Below, piece by piece: positions 1 to 8,567 of a stretch of DNA of 64,000 nt. Both the position numbers and the translations under genes were made by a program. The stretch comes from a bacterium. Its GTDB lineage: Bacteria > 4484-113 > JAFGCY01. Under the pieces are notes generated by a model. That model searched no databases and was not told the DNA's origin. It saw nothing but the letters and a program-made list of their open reading frames with translations. The stretch is taken from the NCBI GenBank assembly GCA_041395205.1, contig JAWLAZ010000003.1, forward strand, positions 215,063 through 279,062, in the 5' to 3' direction. How positions within the stretch are numbered: the first letter of the stretch is position 1; the number at the start of each line of letters is the position of its first letter.

Positions 1-142
1 ATTCAACGTGACCCGGGAGCGCATCCGCCAGATCGAGATGAAGGCCCTGAAGAAGCTCAAGCACAATACGCGCAAGAAGCAGTTCGTGGGTCTGATCGAG
101 TTCTGCGACATGTACTCCAACAGCACGAACAACATCACCTGA
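1..142 (+). CDS. RNA polymerase sigma-70 family factor, C-terminal fragment (region 4 HTH); 5' end lies outside the window
   Basis: Translation TRERIRQIEMKALKKLKH matches the conserved sigma-70 region 4.2 motif (ERIRQIEaKALrKLrH); stop at 140-142. Confidence 0.6.
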   Translation, partial: FNVTRERIRQIEMKALKKLKHNTRKKQFVGLIEFCDMYSNSTNNIT

Positions 143-209
143 TCCCTGACCTGAACCAGCCGGCCGTCCCCACGGGGGCGGCCATTTTTTTTGAGCTAGA
201 ATCAGTGCC

Positions 210-734
210 TTGAGCGGACGACCCAACCCCCGGCACAACATCACCTTCTGCGGCTTCCATGCCACCGGGAAGAGCAGCACGGCCCAGGTCGTCGCACGCC
301 GCATGCGCCGCCAGCTGGCGGACTTCCATGACGAGGTGGAGCGCCGCAGCCGCCTGAACCTCTACACGATTGCCAGGATCGGGCGCAAACCCGAGCAGGA
401 GGACGTGGAAACAAAACTGCTGGCTGACTTGTCCTACAGGCGGGAGACAGTGGTTGCGCTGGACTGCGCCTCGGACAACTACCTTGAGGCCGTCGAAAGC
501 CTGAGCGAGGTCTCCTATGTAGTGATGCTGGATCCGCCCTTCGACGTGATCTGGCAACGCCTGGAAGCGGACCGGCGCTATGCGGCACTGCTCAGCAGGC
601 ACGGGAGGACAGGACTGTACGGGATGTGGAAGCAAGCCAGCGCCAGCCGCCAGCATGCCGATCTGCTGCTCACTGATCCGCGGCTTTCGATCCTCGATGC
701 CGCCCGTCTCGTACTGCACTGCTTCTTCACATGA
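210..734 (+). CDS. P-loop NTPase, shikimate-kinase-like small kinase (function uncertain)
   Basis: Walker A-like GFHATGKSS near the N-terminus; about 174 aa, the typical size of small nucleotide or shikimate kinases; its stop overlaps the next gene's start. Confidence 0.4.
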   Translation: MSGRPNPRHNITFCGFHATGKSSTAQVVARRMRRQLADFHDEVERRSRLNLYTIARIGRKPEQEDVETKLLADLSYRRETVVALDCASDNYLEAVESLSEVSYVVMLDPPFDVIWQRLEADRRYAALLSRHGRTGLYGMWKQASASRQHADLLLTDPRLSILDAARLVLHCFFT

Positions 735-1918
735 GCATGGAACTACCCGAGAGCTTCTACAACGAAGGCCGGCGCCGTCGAAACAACATCAGCCGACTGC
801 GCAGCTGGTCAATCCTGCTGATCCTGTTCTGCATCTGGAACCTGTTCACACCCTGGGGCCTGATCCGCCGCAACCGGATCTCCGCTGAGTTCCCCAACAG
901 TGAGTTCGGGATCCAGCGCGCCTTCATCACGGAGGAGCGGGAGCTGGTGATCGAGCGCAAAGGCTACGTTGACAGAATGGGCAAGTACACCTTCGGACCA
1001 GGCGGAGAATTCGCCAAGTCCGTGGAAGCCGAACTGTTCACCGGTGTGCATGTTGACAGCAATCCCTCCATTTCCTCGACCTACCGCACGGAGGGCGTGG
1101 GCTTTGACATCAAGCCCGGATCGCTGACACTGGAGAAGATCCGCCGCTCATCCCTGCGCCTGCGCGGCCAGAAGCCCGACGGAGAGTCCACCGCCACCGG
1201 TGTGCCGCTCAACGCAGATGGCGAAGTGGATATACGCAGCCTCAAGGAAACCCGCTATCCGGAACCGCCGCTGGAGGATCTCACGATCCGCTTCCAGACC
1301 ATTGAAGCAAGAGCACTCGTGCACCTGCTGCCCGGCCACCAGTACCTGCCCTTCAAGGACGCCCACTGCTACGTTGATTCCCTGCTTGATCCGAAGTACC
1401 GGGAGGGCCGGCTGTACATCACCACTGACAACCAGCGCTACCTGCACAGCATCGGGATCGAGGCCGGCCAGGATGCGGAGCAGCAGGCCTGGCGCATCGC
1501 CACGGCAGCATTGCCAGCCGCGCTGGAACGCCGTTTCGACAGCGCCCTGCTGCATGATCCTGACAAGCCCGAACTGATTCTTCTCAATTCGGATGGTGCT
1601 GCACTGCGCTTTTCCGACAGCAGTCTGGAGCTTCTGGAACGCAGCCAGCTCGAGGGAAACTGGCAACGCGAGTATGCGTCACTGTTCCAGCCGGCCGGCT
1701 TCTACAGCCAGGACTTCGGCATCCCGCTGGACCGGGTGCAGGCCTTCCGTTTCTACCGCGTGCTCGCTGCCCTGCTGCTGGCCGGGCTGATCGTCCTCGC
1801 GCTCGGCTTCCTGCCGGGACTGACCGCAGCCGGCAGGAATGACAAGGATGATCCTGAAGCGGAAACTCCGGCTGAACCGGAGGAGCAGGAGATCAGCATC
1901 AGGGATCTGCGGCTGTAA
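731..1918 (+). CDS. hypothetical membrane protein with N- and C-terminal TM helices
   Basis: 395-aa ORF with coding-like GC3 usage; hydrophobic segments ILLILFCIWNLF and VLAALLLAGLIVLALGF; start overlaps the upstream kinase-like gene by 4 nt. Confidence 0.45.
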   Translation: MSMELPESFYNEGRRRRNNISRLRSWSILLILFCIWNLFTPWGLIRRNRISAEFPNSEFGIQRAFITEERELVIERKGYVDRMGKYTFGPGGEFAKSVEAELFTGVHVDSNPSISSTYRTEGVGFDIKPGSLTLEKIRRSSLRLRGQKPDGESTATGVPLNADGEVDIRSLKETRYPEPPLEDLTIRFQTIEARALVHLLPGHQYLPFKDAHCYVDSLLDPKYREGRLYITTDNQRYLHSIGIEAGQDAEQQAWRIATAALPAALERRFDSALLHDPDKPELILLNSDGAALRFSDSSLELLERSQLEGNWQREYASLFQPAGFYSQDFGIPLDRVQAFRFYRVLAALLLAGLIVLALGFLPGLTAAGRNDKDDPEAETPAEPEEQEISIRDLRL

Positions 1919-2597
1919 GCAGGGCCCGGCAGGGAGCGGCCTCAGCATTGTCCAGCTTGAGTGGCAGGCAGATCAGCCGGTAGAGCCCCGGCGCTGCATC
2001 CCTGAGGATGATGTGCTCCAGCAGCAGGAAGCCCGCTCCCAGCAGGATGCGGTGCACGGGGAAATCCCCTGCCCCGTCACGCTCAACTGACAGGTAATCG
2101 ATCCCCACAAGCCTGGCCTGCCGCCTCAGCAGGAACTGTGCGGCATCCACCGTCAGGCCGGGATGCCCGGCAACATAATCCCGCTCGTCATATGCGGATG
2201 CATCAGTCAGCAGCAGCACTGCAGTATCGTCCCGCTGCAGCCTCCCTCGCAGCTGCTCAGCTGAGAGGTCATGCAGGCCCCTGCAGTCCAGCACTTCCGC
2301 CAGCGGGCAGAAGGCCTCCAGCGGATAATCCCCGATGCATGCTCCTCCGGGAATGAAATGCCGCGGTGCATCCAGATGCGTACCGCAATGGCTGTGCAGC
2401 GCGATCCTGGTGAAGCTGTACTCCCCACCCCGGTCCACGTCCGGGTCGCGCAGCAACTGCAGCGGTGGATCGCCGGGATAGCCTGCACTGTCCTCGCGCA
2501 GCGTGCGGCTGATGTCGATCAGCATCCCAGAAGCATAGCAGCCCTGCTCCGGCGTTTTCCCGCAGATGCGCAACCTCAGGGCCGGCGCGGGGGTCAT
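1899..2597 (-). CDS. cyclase family protein / kynurenine formamidase-like (KynB)
   Basis: HSHCGTHLDAPRHF matches the HxGTHxDAPxH cyclase/arylformamidase signature; the true start is probably the internal Met (MLIDISRTL, about 2525), which would leave room for a divergent promoter. Confidence 0.7.
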   Translation of the reverse strand: MTPAPALRLRICGKTPEQGCYASGMLIDISRTLREDSAGYPGDPPLQLLRDPDVDRGGEYSFTRIALHSHCGTHLDAPRHFIPGGACIGDYPLEAFCPLAEVLDCRGLHDLSAEQLRGRLQRDDTAVLLLTDASAYDERDYVAGHPGLTVDAAQFLLRRQARLVGIDYLSVERDGAGDFPVHRILLGAGFLLLEHIILRDAAPGLYRLICLPLKLDNAEAAPCRALLTAADP

Positions 2598-2602
2598 AAA
2601 TT

Positions 2603-3514
2603 ATGATAGTCACGATGGTATTTTTCCTTTACAACAAGGTGCTGCTGCGCTTCATCGTTGCGCTCTGCGGCATCGGGGTGGGACTGACCGCCTGGCAGTA
2701 CCTGGCACTCTCCCAGGCCAAGCTCGGCCGCCAGGGCCTGATCGATGCCTTTGCGATCATCTGCTTCCCGATCGCAGCCTGGCTGATCATGCTCACGGCG
2801 GAGGTCGTGGACAACCACTACGTGCGGGCCTTCTCCTGCCTCTGCATGCTGCTCGGCGGCTTCGTCAGTTACGGCTGGATCTTCCGCCAGGATGGACCGA
2901 TCCTCAGGGCCCTGCCCGGAGGCCCGGCCGGAATGCAGATCATCACGCTCGGCTTCTGGCTGGCGATGCTGCTCAGTCTCGCCATGCTGACCCTGCTGGT
3001 GATCCGGCTGATCCGGGACAAGCAGAACCTCGGCCGCATTCCCGGTGCCCAGGCGCAGCTGGACCAGATCCTGGCCACGGCTCCTGCCAGTCCGGCCGGA
3101 CCCCGGACCCCCGAGAAGCTTGAACCGATCCCGATTGACACAACTCCCATCGGAAGCGCAGGCAGCACTCAACCGGCTGCGGCTGCTGAACCCGTCCAGC
3201 CCCAGCGCAGCCCCGCACCGGTCTCCAAACTGGTTGCCATCGGCGGGCTGTATCTTGGCACGGAGTATCCCCTGGGCAGCGGCGAACACGGCATCGGCCG
3301 CGCGGACGCGGAGATTCTGCTGGACAGGGACAACCAGGTTTCCCGCAACCATGCCGGAATCAGCGTTGACGAACAGGGCATGGCCACGCTCAGCGACCGC
3401 GGCAGCACCAATGGTACCTTCCTCAACAATGCGAAGATTGACAGCGCCGCCCTGGCGCCCGGTGACGTGATCCGGATCGGCACCACGCAGTTCCGTGTCG
3501 AGGGCAGCTCCTGA
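2603..3514 (+). CDS. membrane protein with C-terminal FHA domain
   Basis: Four or five N-terminal hydrophobic helices; C-terminal GR..A.I.L....VSR.HA.I....G...L.D.GSTNGTF.N FHA signature. Confidence 0.7.
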   Translation: MIVTMVFFLYNKVLLRFIVALCGIGVGLTAWQYLALSQAKLGRQGLIDAFAIICFPIAAWLIMLTAEVVDNHYVRAFSCLCMLLGGFVSYGWIFRQDGPILRALPGGPAGMQIITLGFWLAMLLSLAMLTLLVIRLIRDKQNLGRIPGAQAQLDQILATAPASPAGPRTPEKLEPIPIDTTPIGSAGSTQPAAAAEPVQPQRSPAPVSKLVAIGGLYLGTEYPLGSGEHGIGRADAEILLDRDNQVSRNHAGISVDEQGMATLSDRGSTNGTFLNNAKIDSAALAPGDVIRIGTTQFRVEGSS

Positions 3515-5352
3515 TGCGCATCCTCCAGCGCCTGCTGCCGCTGTGCCTGCTGCTGCTGTTGCCAATGGCGGCAGTGCGGGCCCAGGATCCGGCCACCCAG
3601 CAGCCCAGCCCGAAGGAAGAGAATGAAGGCGCTCCCAGTGAGCGAGGTACCCGGCGCAATGCCGACCCGCACCTGCAGTACAAGGAGAATGTCGAGCTGC
3701 GGGTCAGTCAGATCGAGCTCAGTGACTTCCCCACCGTGCGGGCCTTTGTCTCGGTTGCCGACGAAGGCGGTGTGCCCGTGCGCACCCTGCTGCCCGAGGA
3801 CTTCGTCGTCGAGGAGAACCAGCAGTCGGTGGGCGAGGTGCGCTTTGCCAACCGTGATGAACTGAACCTGCCGCTCTCCGTGATGTTCGTGGTGGACGTC
3901 AGCGGCAGCATGCTCGGTGACAACAGCCAGACCGGCCCCACTCCGCTGGACATGGAGAAGGAGGCTATCCGCGAATTCGTGGGCCAGCTTCAGCCCGATG
4001 ACCGCGTCGGCCTCGTGACCTTCTCGGATGCCGCCTATTCCACCGTGCGCATGACCTCCGACCACCAGCAGCTGCTGAAGGAACTGGACTTCCTCGCGGC
4101 CTGGGGCCAGACCACGCTCTGGGACGGACTGAAGATCGGCATCGAGGACCTCGTTGACGACGAGCAGGAGGCCCGCAAGGCCCTGATCGTGCTCTCGGAC
4201 GGCATGGACACGAACAGCCTCGAAACCCTGCAGACCGTGATGCAGATCTACGAGTCCGAGGCCATGGCCGAGAACAAGGGCTTCTCGATCTACACCCTGG
4301 CACTCGGTGAACTCGTCAACCGCTCCGCCCTGCAGCAGCTAGCCAAGAAGACCGGCGGCCTGCATTTTGACAGTCCGACTGCCGGCGATCTCGGCGAGGT
4401 CTACCAGAGCATCCTCAACCAGATCCAGAATGAGTACCTGCTGGAGTACACCTCCATCCAGGCTGCCGCCGAGGGCAAGCTGACCGACATCAACGTCAGC
4501 CTCAACAATGTGCGCAGCACGATTCCGGGACAGTACAGCTACCGCAGCCCCGGTCTGGCCCAGGCGCTTGGCCGGGCACTCGTCCCCGGCCTGATCGCCA
4601 TCGCCGTGGTGCTCGTGCTGCTGATCATCGCCACGATCTACCGCATCTCGCGGCGGGTCTGGCTTACCCTGCAGATCACGCCGCTGGAAGGCAAGGACTA
4701 CGTGATCGGCACCAGCGGGATTGACATAGGCACCAGTGAACTCTGCCAGCTGCGCGTCGCCGGTGACCCGGGCATGCTGCCGATCCACGCCAGCATCCGC
4801 GAAACCAACGACGGATATCTGCTGGAGGTCACAGACCCCGATTCACCGATCCTCTACGGCGGCGCGATGCTGGCCCGCAAGCTGCTGCGCAGCGGTGATG
4901 CCTTCATGCTCGGCACCTCCAGCTTCATCTTCACGGAGAAGGAGTATCGCGAGGGTGAAGGCCGGGTTGAGGAAGCCCGCTATTTCCGCGATGAACCGCT
5001 GGGACAGATCACCGAGCAGGACATGCTCAGCGGTGCAGTGCCCAGCGCTTCCGGCAAGCGGCCTACGGCACTTGTCGGCACTGAAGGAGCCTGCAGCGGA
5101 CAGCGCTTCGACCTGGTCGAGGGCGAGAATGCCATCGGCCGCAGCCAAGGCAGCATCGTACTCAGCCAGGAAAGCCAGGCCAGCCGCCGGCACTGCGTGA
5201 TCACACTCACGATGGATACTGCGAGCATCACTGACAGCGGCAGCACCAACGGCAGCTCCGTCAACGGCAGCCGCCTGCAGCCCGGAATGGCTCAGCAGCT
5301 GAAGAGTGGTGACACCCTGCAGATTGGCAGCAGCCGCTTTCGGTTAGAATAG
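3514..5352 (+). CDS. secreted/membrane VWA domain protein with two C-terminal FHA domains
   Basis: Signal peptide LLLLLLPMAAVRA; VWA-type MIDAS motif VVDVSGSM; TM helix LIAIAVVLVLLIIATIY; two FHA-like segments ending STNGSSVNGSRL; its ATG overlaps the stop of the upstream FHA gene. Confidence 0.7.
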   Translation: MRILQRLLPLCLLLLLPMAAVRAQDPATQQPSPKEENEGAPSERGTRRNADPHLQYKENVELRVSQIELSDFPTVRAFVSVADEGGVPVRTLLPEDFVVEENQQSVGEVRFANRDELNLPLSVMFVVDVSGSMLGDNSQTGPTPLDMEKEAIREFVGQLQPDDRVGLVTFSDAAYSTVRMTSDHQQLLKELDFLAAWGQTTLWDGLKIGIEDLVDDEQEARKALIVLSDGMDTNSLETLQTVMQIYESEAMAENKGFSIYTLALGELVNRSALQQLAKKTGGLHFDSPTAGDLGEVYQSILNQIQNEYLLEYTSIQAAAEGKLTDINVSLNNVRSTIPGQYSYRSPGLAQALGRALVPGLIAIAVVLVLLIIATIYRISRRVWLTLQITPLEGKDYVIGTSGIDIGTSELCQLRVAGDPGMLPIHASIRETNDGYLLEVTDPDSPILYGGAMLARKLLRSGDAFMLGTSSFIFTEKEYREGEGRVEEARYFRDEPLGQITEQDMLSGAVPSASGKRPTALVGTEGACSGQRFDLVEGENAIGRSQGSIVLSQESQASRRHCVITLTMDTASITDSGSTNGSSVNGSRLQPGMAQQLKSGDTLQIGSSRFRLE

Positions 5353-5356
5353 CGCC

Positions 5357-5959
5357 GTGATCGTCATCGCCAGCAGGAACGAGGGCAAGGTCCGCGAGAT
5401 CGCGGTATTGCCGGCTGCCAGCGGGCTGGAGCTGCGCCCTGTCTCCGACTTCCCCGGCTGTCCGGACATCGAGGAGAACGGCACGACCTGCGAGGAAAAT
5501 GCCGTGATCAAGGCCGTCAAGTACAGCCTCTGGCTGCGCCGCGAACACGGCATCGCCCCCGCGGTGATCAGCGAGGACAGCGGCCTGATGGTCTTCTCCC
5601 TGCTGGGCTGGCCCGGGGTGCACAGTGCGCGCATCGCCGAGACCGACGTGGAGCGCAACTGGATGGTGCTCGACCGGCTCAGCGGCCAGCGTGATCGCAG
5701 CGCACAGTTCCTCGCTCATACCGCGCTCGCCGTCAACGGCGTGCTGGTGGAGAGCTGGCGTGGCAGCGTGACCGGGGTGATCGCGGAGGAACCGCGGGGC
5801 AATCAGGGCTTCGGCTATGATCCGATCTTCATCGATCAGGCCAGCGGCCGCAGCTTCGCTGAGCTGGACCGCAGCCGCAAGAATGAACTCTCACACCGCA
5901 ACCAGGCCTGGACCCAGGCCTTTGAATACCTGCGCCAGCACAGCCTCGGACTCAGATGA
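5357..5959 (+). CDS. rdgB: non-canonical purine NTP pyrophosphatase (dITP/XTP pyrophosphatase, Ham1/RdgB family)
   Basis: IVIASRNEGKVREI N-terminus, GFGYDPIF and KNELSHR motifs; GTG start. Confidence 0.85.
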   Translation: MIVIASRNEGKVREIAVLPAASGLELRPVSDFPGCPDIEENGTTCEENAVIKAVKYSLWLRREHGIAPAVISEDSGLMVFSLLGWPGVHSARIAETDVERNWMVLDRLSGQRDRSAQFLAHTALAVNGVLVESWRGSVTGVIAEEPRGNQGFGYDPIFIDQASGRSFAELDRSRKNELSHRNQAWTQAFEYLRQHSLGLR

Positions 5960-7274
5960 GGTTGCGGGCCTTGACCTGCAGGTACTGATTGATCACGGCC
6001 CCGTTGAGCTTGTCGGCCGCCACGTTGACGATCATGCAGCCACGGCTGCGCAGCTCCTGCACGGTGCGCCGCTTCTGCTGCAGCAGCAGCTCCGCGCTGG
6101 CCTTGATGTAGGCATCATCGCTGCCTTCCGTCCGCTTGCGGGCCATCTCCTCGATCTGCGGGTCATCAAGGATCACGATGATCGGCAGGTGCGTGCGTGC
6201 CAGGCGGCTGAGATTGGCAACCGCGCGCTGGCTGGAGACGCTGTCCACCAGATCGGTGAATAGCACCACGAGCCCGCGCTTGCTGTGCCGCGAGCGCAGC
6301 ATGGCCAGCACCCGCGCATAGTCGCTTTCCACGAACTCCGGCTGCAGGTCAAACACCGCCTCGATGATTGCATCGAGCTGGCGCTGGCGCCTGGCCGGTG
6401 GCACATAGCGCCGCGTCTCACTGGAGAAGGCCATCAGGCCCACGCGGTCCTTCTGGGACAGCGCCAGGTAGGCCAGCTGCACCGCTGCATCCAGATAGCG
6501 GTCCAGCCGCGGGCGTCCACCGATCTCGGTGTGCATCAGCCGGCCGCAATCGACGAGCAGCATCAGGTCGCGGCTCTGGTCAACCTGGAACTGGTTGACA
6601 ACCGGCCGGCCGCGCCGCGCCGTGGCCTTCCAGTTGATGCCGCGGTATTCATCATCCGGCGTGTACTCACGCAGGTGGTCGAAATCCGTACCCCGCCCGA
6701 ACTTGCGGCTGTGATGCTGGCCGATGCCCCACAAGCGGCGGCGGTGCGCGAACAGGTCGCCACCGGTCAGTTCCTCGATCTGCGGATAGACCCGCACTGA
6801 CTGTCCAGGCTCGATGCGCAGCTGCGTGATCCAGAGCTGCAGTCCGGCCAGTACACGCAGGCCGATCCCGCCCAGCTCACGTTCACCGCGTTCCAGGCTG
6901 CGGATCACGAGCGGGATCTCACAGCTTTCCCCGGCCGCGGCAGTGGCCCAGCCCGTTGCCAGACTCTTGCGGAACTCCGGCAGGCTGTCCTCATGGATCC
7001 GGAAGCGCACCGGGATCCGGCTGGCATTGTGCAGCAGGTGCATCCCGCTGCGCGGTGTCTCCACGGTCACGGCCTGCGGGAAATCCCGCTCCACGCTGAG
7101 CTTGCCGCGCAGCATGCTGCGCGTCGACAGCAGGTCGAGCAGCGCGAGCATCGCCAGCAGCAGCGACAGCGCACTGGCAATCAGGAAGGCCGGTGCCCAG
7201 AGATATCCCAGCAACGCGCACAGCACCAGCACCAGGCCGGCCTGCCCCATCCGCGGCGAGGGAAAACTCAGCAC
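5952..7274 (-). CDS. DUF58 domain protein (VWA-like, MoxR-associated family)
   Basis: N-terminal double TM segment; central LREYTPDDEYRGINWKATARRGRPVVNQF..LLVDCGRLM, typical of DUF58; converges on rdgB with an 8-nt overlap. Confidence 0.65.
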   Translation of the reverse strand: MLSFPSPRMGQAGLVLVLCALLGYLWAPAFLIASALSLLLAMLALLDLLSTRSMLRGKLSVERDFPQAVTVETPRSGMHLLHNASRIPVRFRIHEDSLPEFRKSLATGWATAAAGESCEIPLVIRSLERGERELGGIGLRVLAGLQLWITQLRIEPGQSVRVYPQIEELTGGDLFAHRRRLWGIGQHHSRKFGRGTDFDHLREYTPDDEYRGINWKATARRGRPVVNQFQVDQSRDLMLLVDCGRLMHTEIGGRPRLDRYLDAAVQLAYLALSQKDRVGLMAFSSETRRYVPPARRQRQLDAIIEAVFDLQPEFVESDYARVLAMLRSRHSKRGLVVLFTDLVDSVSSQRAVANLSRLARTHLPIIVILDDPQIEEMARKRTEGSDDAYIKASAELLLQQKRRTVQELRSRGCMIVNVAADKLNGAVINQYLQVKARNLI

Positions 7275-7277
7275 GGC

Positions 7278-8480
7278 CTAGTACTCGGCGAGCAGCCTCT
7301 TGGCCACGCGGTACATCAGCTCGTTGCCGATGGCCATCGCATCCTCGTCAATGTTGAACTTCGGGTGGTGGTGCGGGTAGATGCACTCCTTCTCGGTGCT
7401 GGCGGCACCGACGAAGGCGAAGGCCCCGGGCACCTCGGCGAGGAAGTCGCTGAAGTCCTCGGCACCCATCGTCTGCTGGTCATCGGTGACGTTGGCAGCG
7501 CCGACGATGGCGATCGCCTCCTCACGCACCAGCTCCGCCACGCGGGCATCATTGACCGTTGCCACCTGCTCATGGGAGTAGTCGATGTCGGCATTGCAGC
7601 CGAGACAGTCGGCGATGCCGTTCACGACCTCATGGATCCGGCGCTTCAGCACCTGGTGCACATCGCGCTCGAAGACGCGCACGCTCATGGTCAGCTTTGC
7701 AAACGGCGGGATGATGTTGTGGGCGGTACCGGCGTGGAACTCGCTCACCGTGATCACCGCGCTCTTGAGCGGGTCGATGTTGCGCGAGACGATGCTCTGC
7801 AGCGCCGTGACGATCTGCGCCCCGCAGTAGATCGGGTCGTTGCCACCATGCGGGAAGGCCGCATGCGTGCCCTTGCCGTGGATCACGATATGCACCGTGT
7901 CCACCGCCGCCATCACCGGCCCGGCACTGATCTGGATCTGGCCCGTCGGGCAGCCGGCCCAGATGTGCTGCCCGTAGCAGACATCCACGCCCGGGCCCTT
8001 CAGGGCGTTGTCAGCGATCATCTTCTGCGCGCCGTGGTGGCCTTCCTCACCGGGCTGGTAAAGCAGCTTGATCCGCCCGCGGGAAATGCCCTCCTCCTTC
8101 AGCCGGCGGCTGACGGCGAGCTGCATCGCGGTATGGGTGTCATGCCCGCAGGCATGCATCCGCCCCACGTTCTGCGAGACGTACTCATGCGTGTTCTCCT
8201 CCGTGATCGGCAGCGCATCGATGTCCGCACGCAGCATCACGGTCGGTCCGGCCTGGCCGCTGTCAATCAGGCTGATCACACCGGTCTCGGCGCAGCGCTG
8301 CGACTCGAGCCCGTAGCTGTTCAGCTGCTGCTCGATGTACTGCGCCGTCTCATGCGTTTCCATCCCGACCTCGGGATGCTCATGCAGGTAGCGGCGGTTG
8401 CTGACGACCTCGCCGTGCAGGCTGCGGGTCACGTCGTCAAGATTGACTTCGGGAAGCAGGGGATGCTGTATTGCTGACAT
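7278..8480 (-). CDS. M20D family amidohydrolase (hippurate hydrolase / N-acyl-L-amino acid amidohydrolase type)
   Basis: HACGHDTHTAM metal-binding motif and overall M20 peptidase organisation; 400 aa. Confidence 0.8.
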   Translation of the reverse strand: MSAIQHPLLPEVNLDDVTRSLHGEVVSNRRYLHEHPEVGMETHETAQYIEQQLNSYGLESQRCAETGVISLIDSGQAGPTVMLRADIDALPITEENTHEYVSQNVGRMHACGHDTHTAMQLAVSRRLKEEGISRGRIKLLYQPGEEGHHGAQKMIADNALKGPGVDVCYGQHIWAGCPTGQIQISAGPVMAAVDTVHIVIHGKGTHAAFPHGGNDPIYCGAQIVTALQSIVSRNIDPLKSAVITVSEFHAGTAHNIIPPFAKLTMSVRVFERDVHQVLKRRIHEVVNGIADCLGCNADIDYSHEQVATVNDARVAELVREEAIAIVGAANVTDDQQTMGAEDFSDFLAEVPGAFAFVGAASTEKECIYPHHHPKFNIDEDAMAIGNELMYRVAKRLLAEY

Positions 8481-8567
8481 CCCTTGATTCTAGCGCGAAC
8501 CGTGCCAACTGTAGACGCAGCGGCAGCGCCGGGCGTACTAAACGGATGTAAGCTATAATAACGGGTC

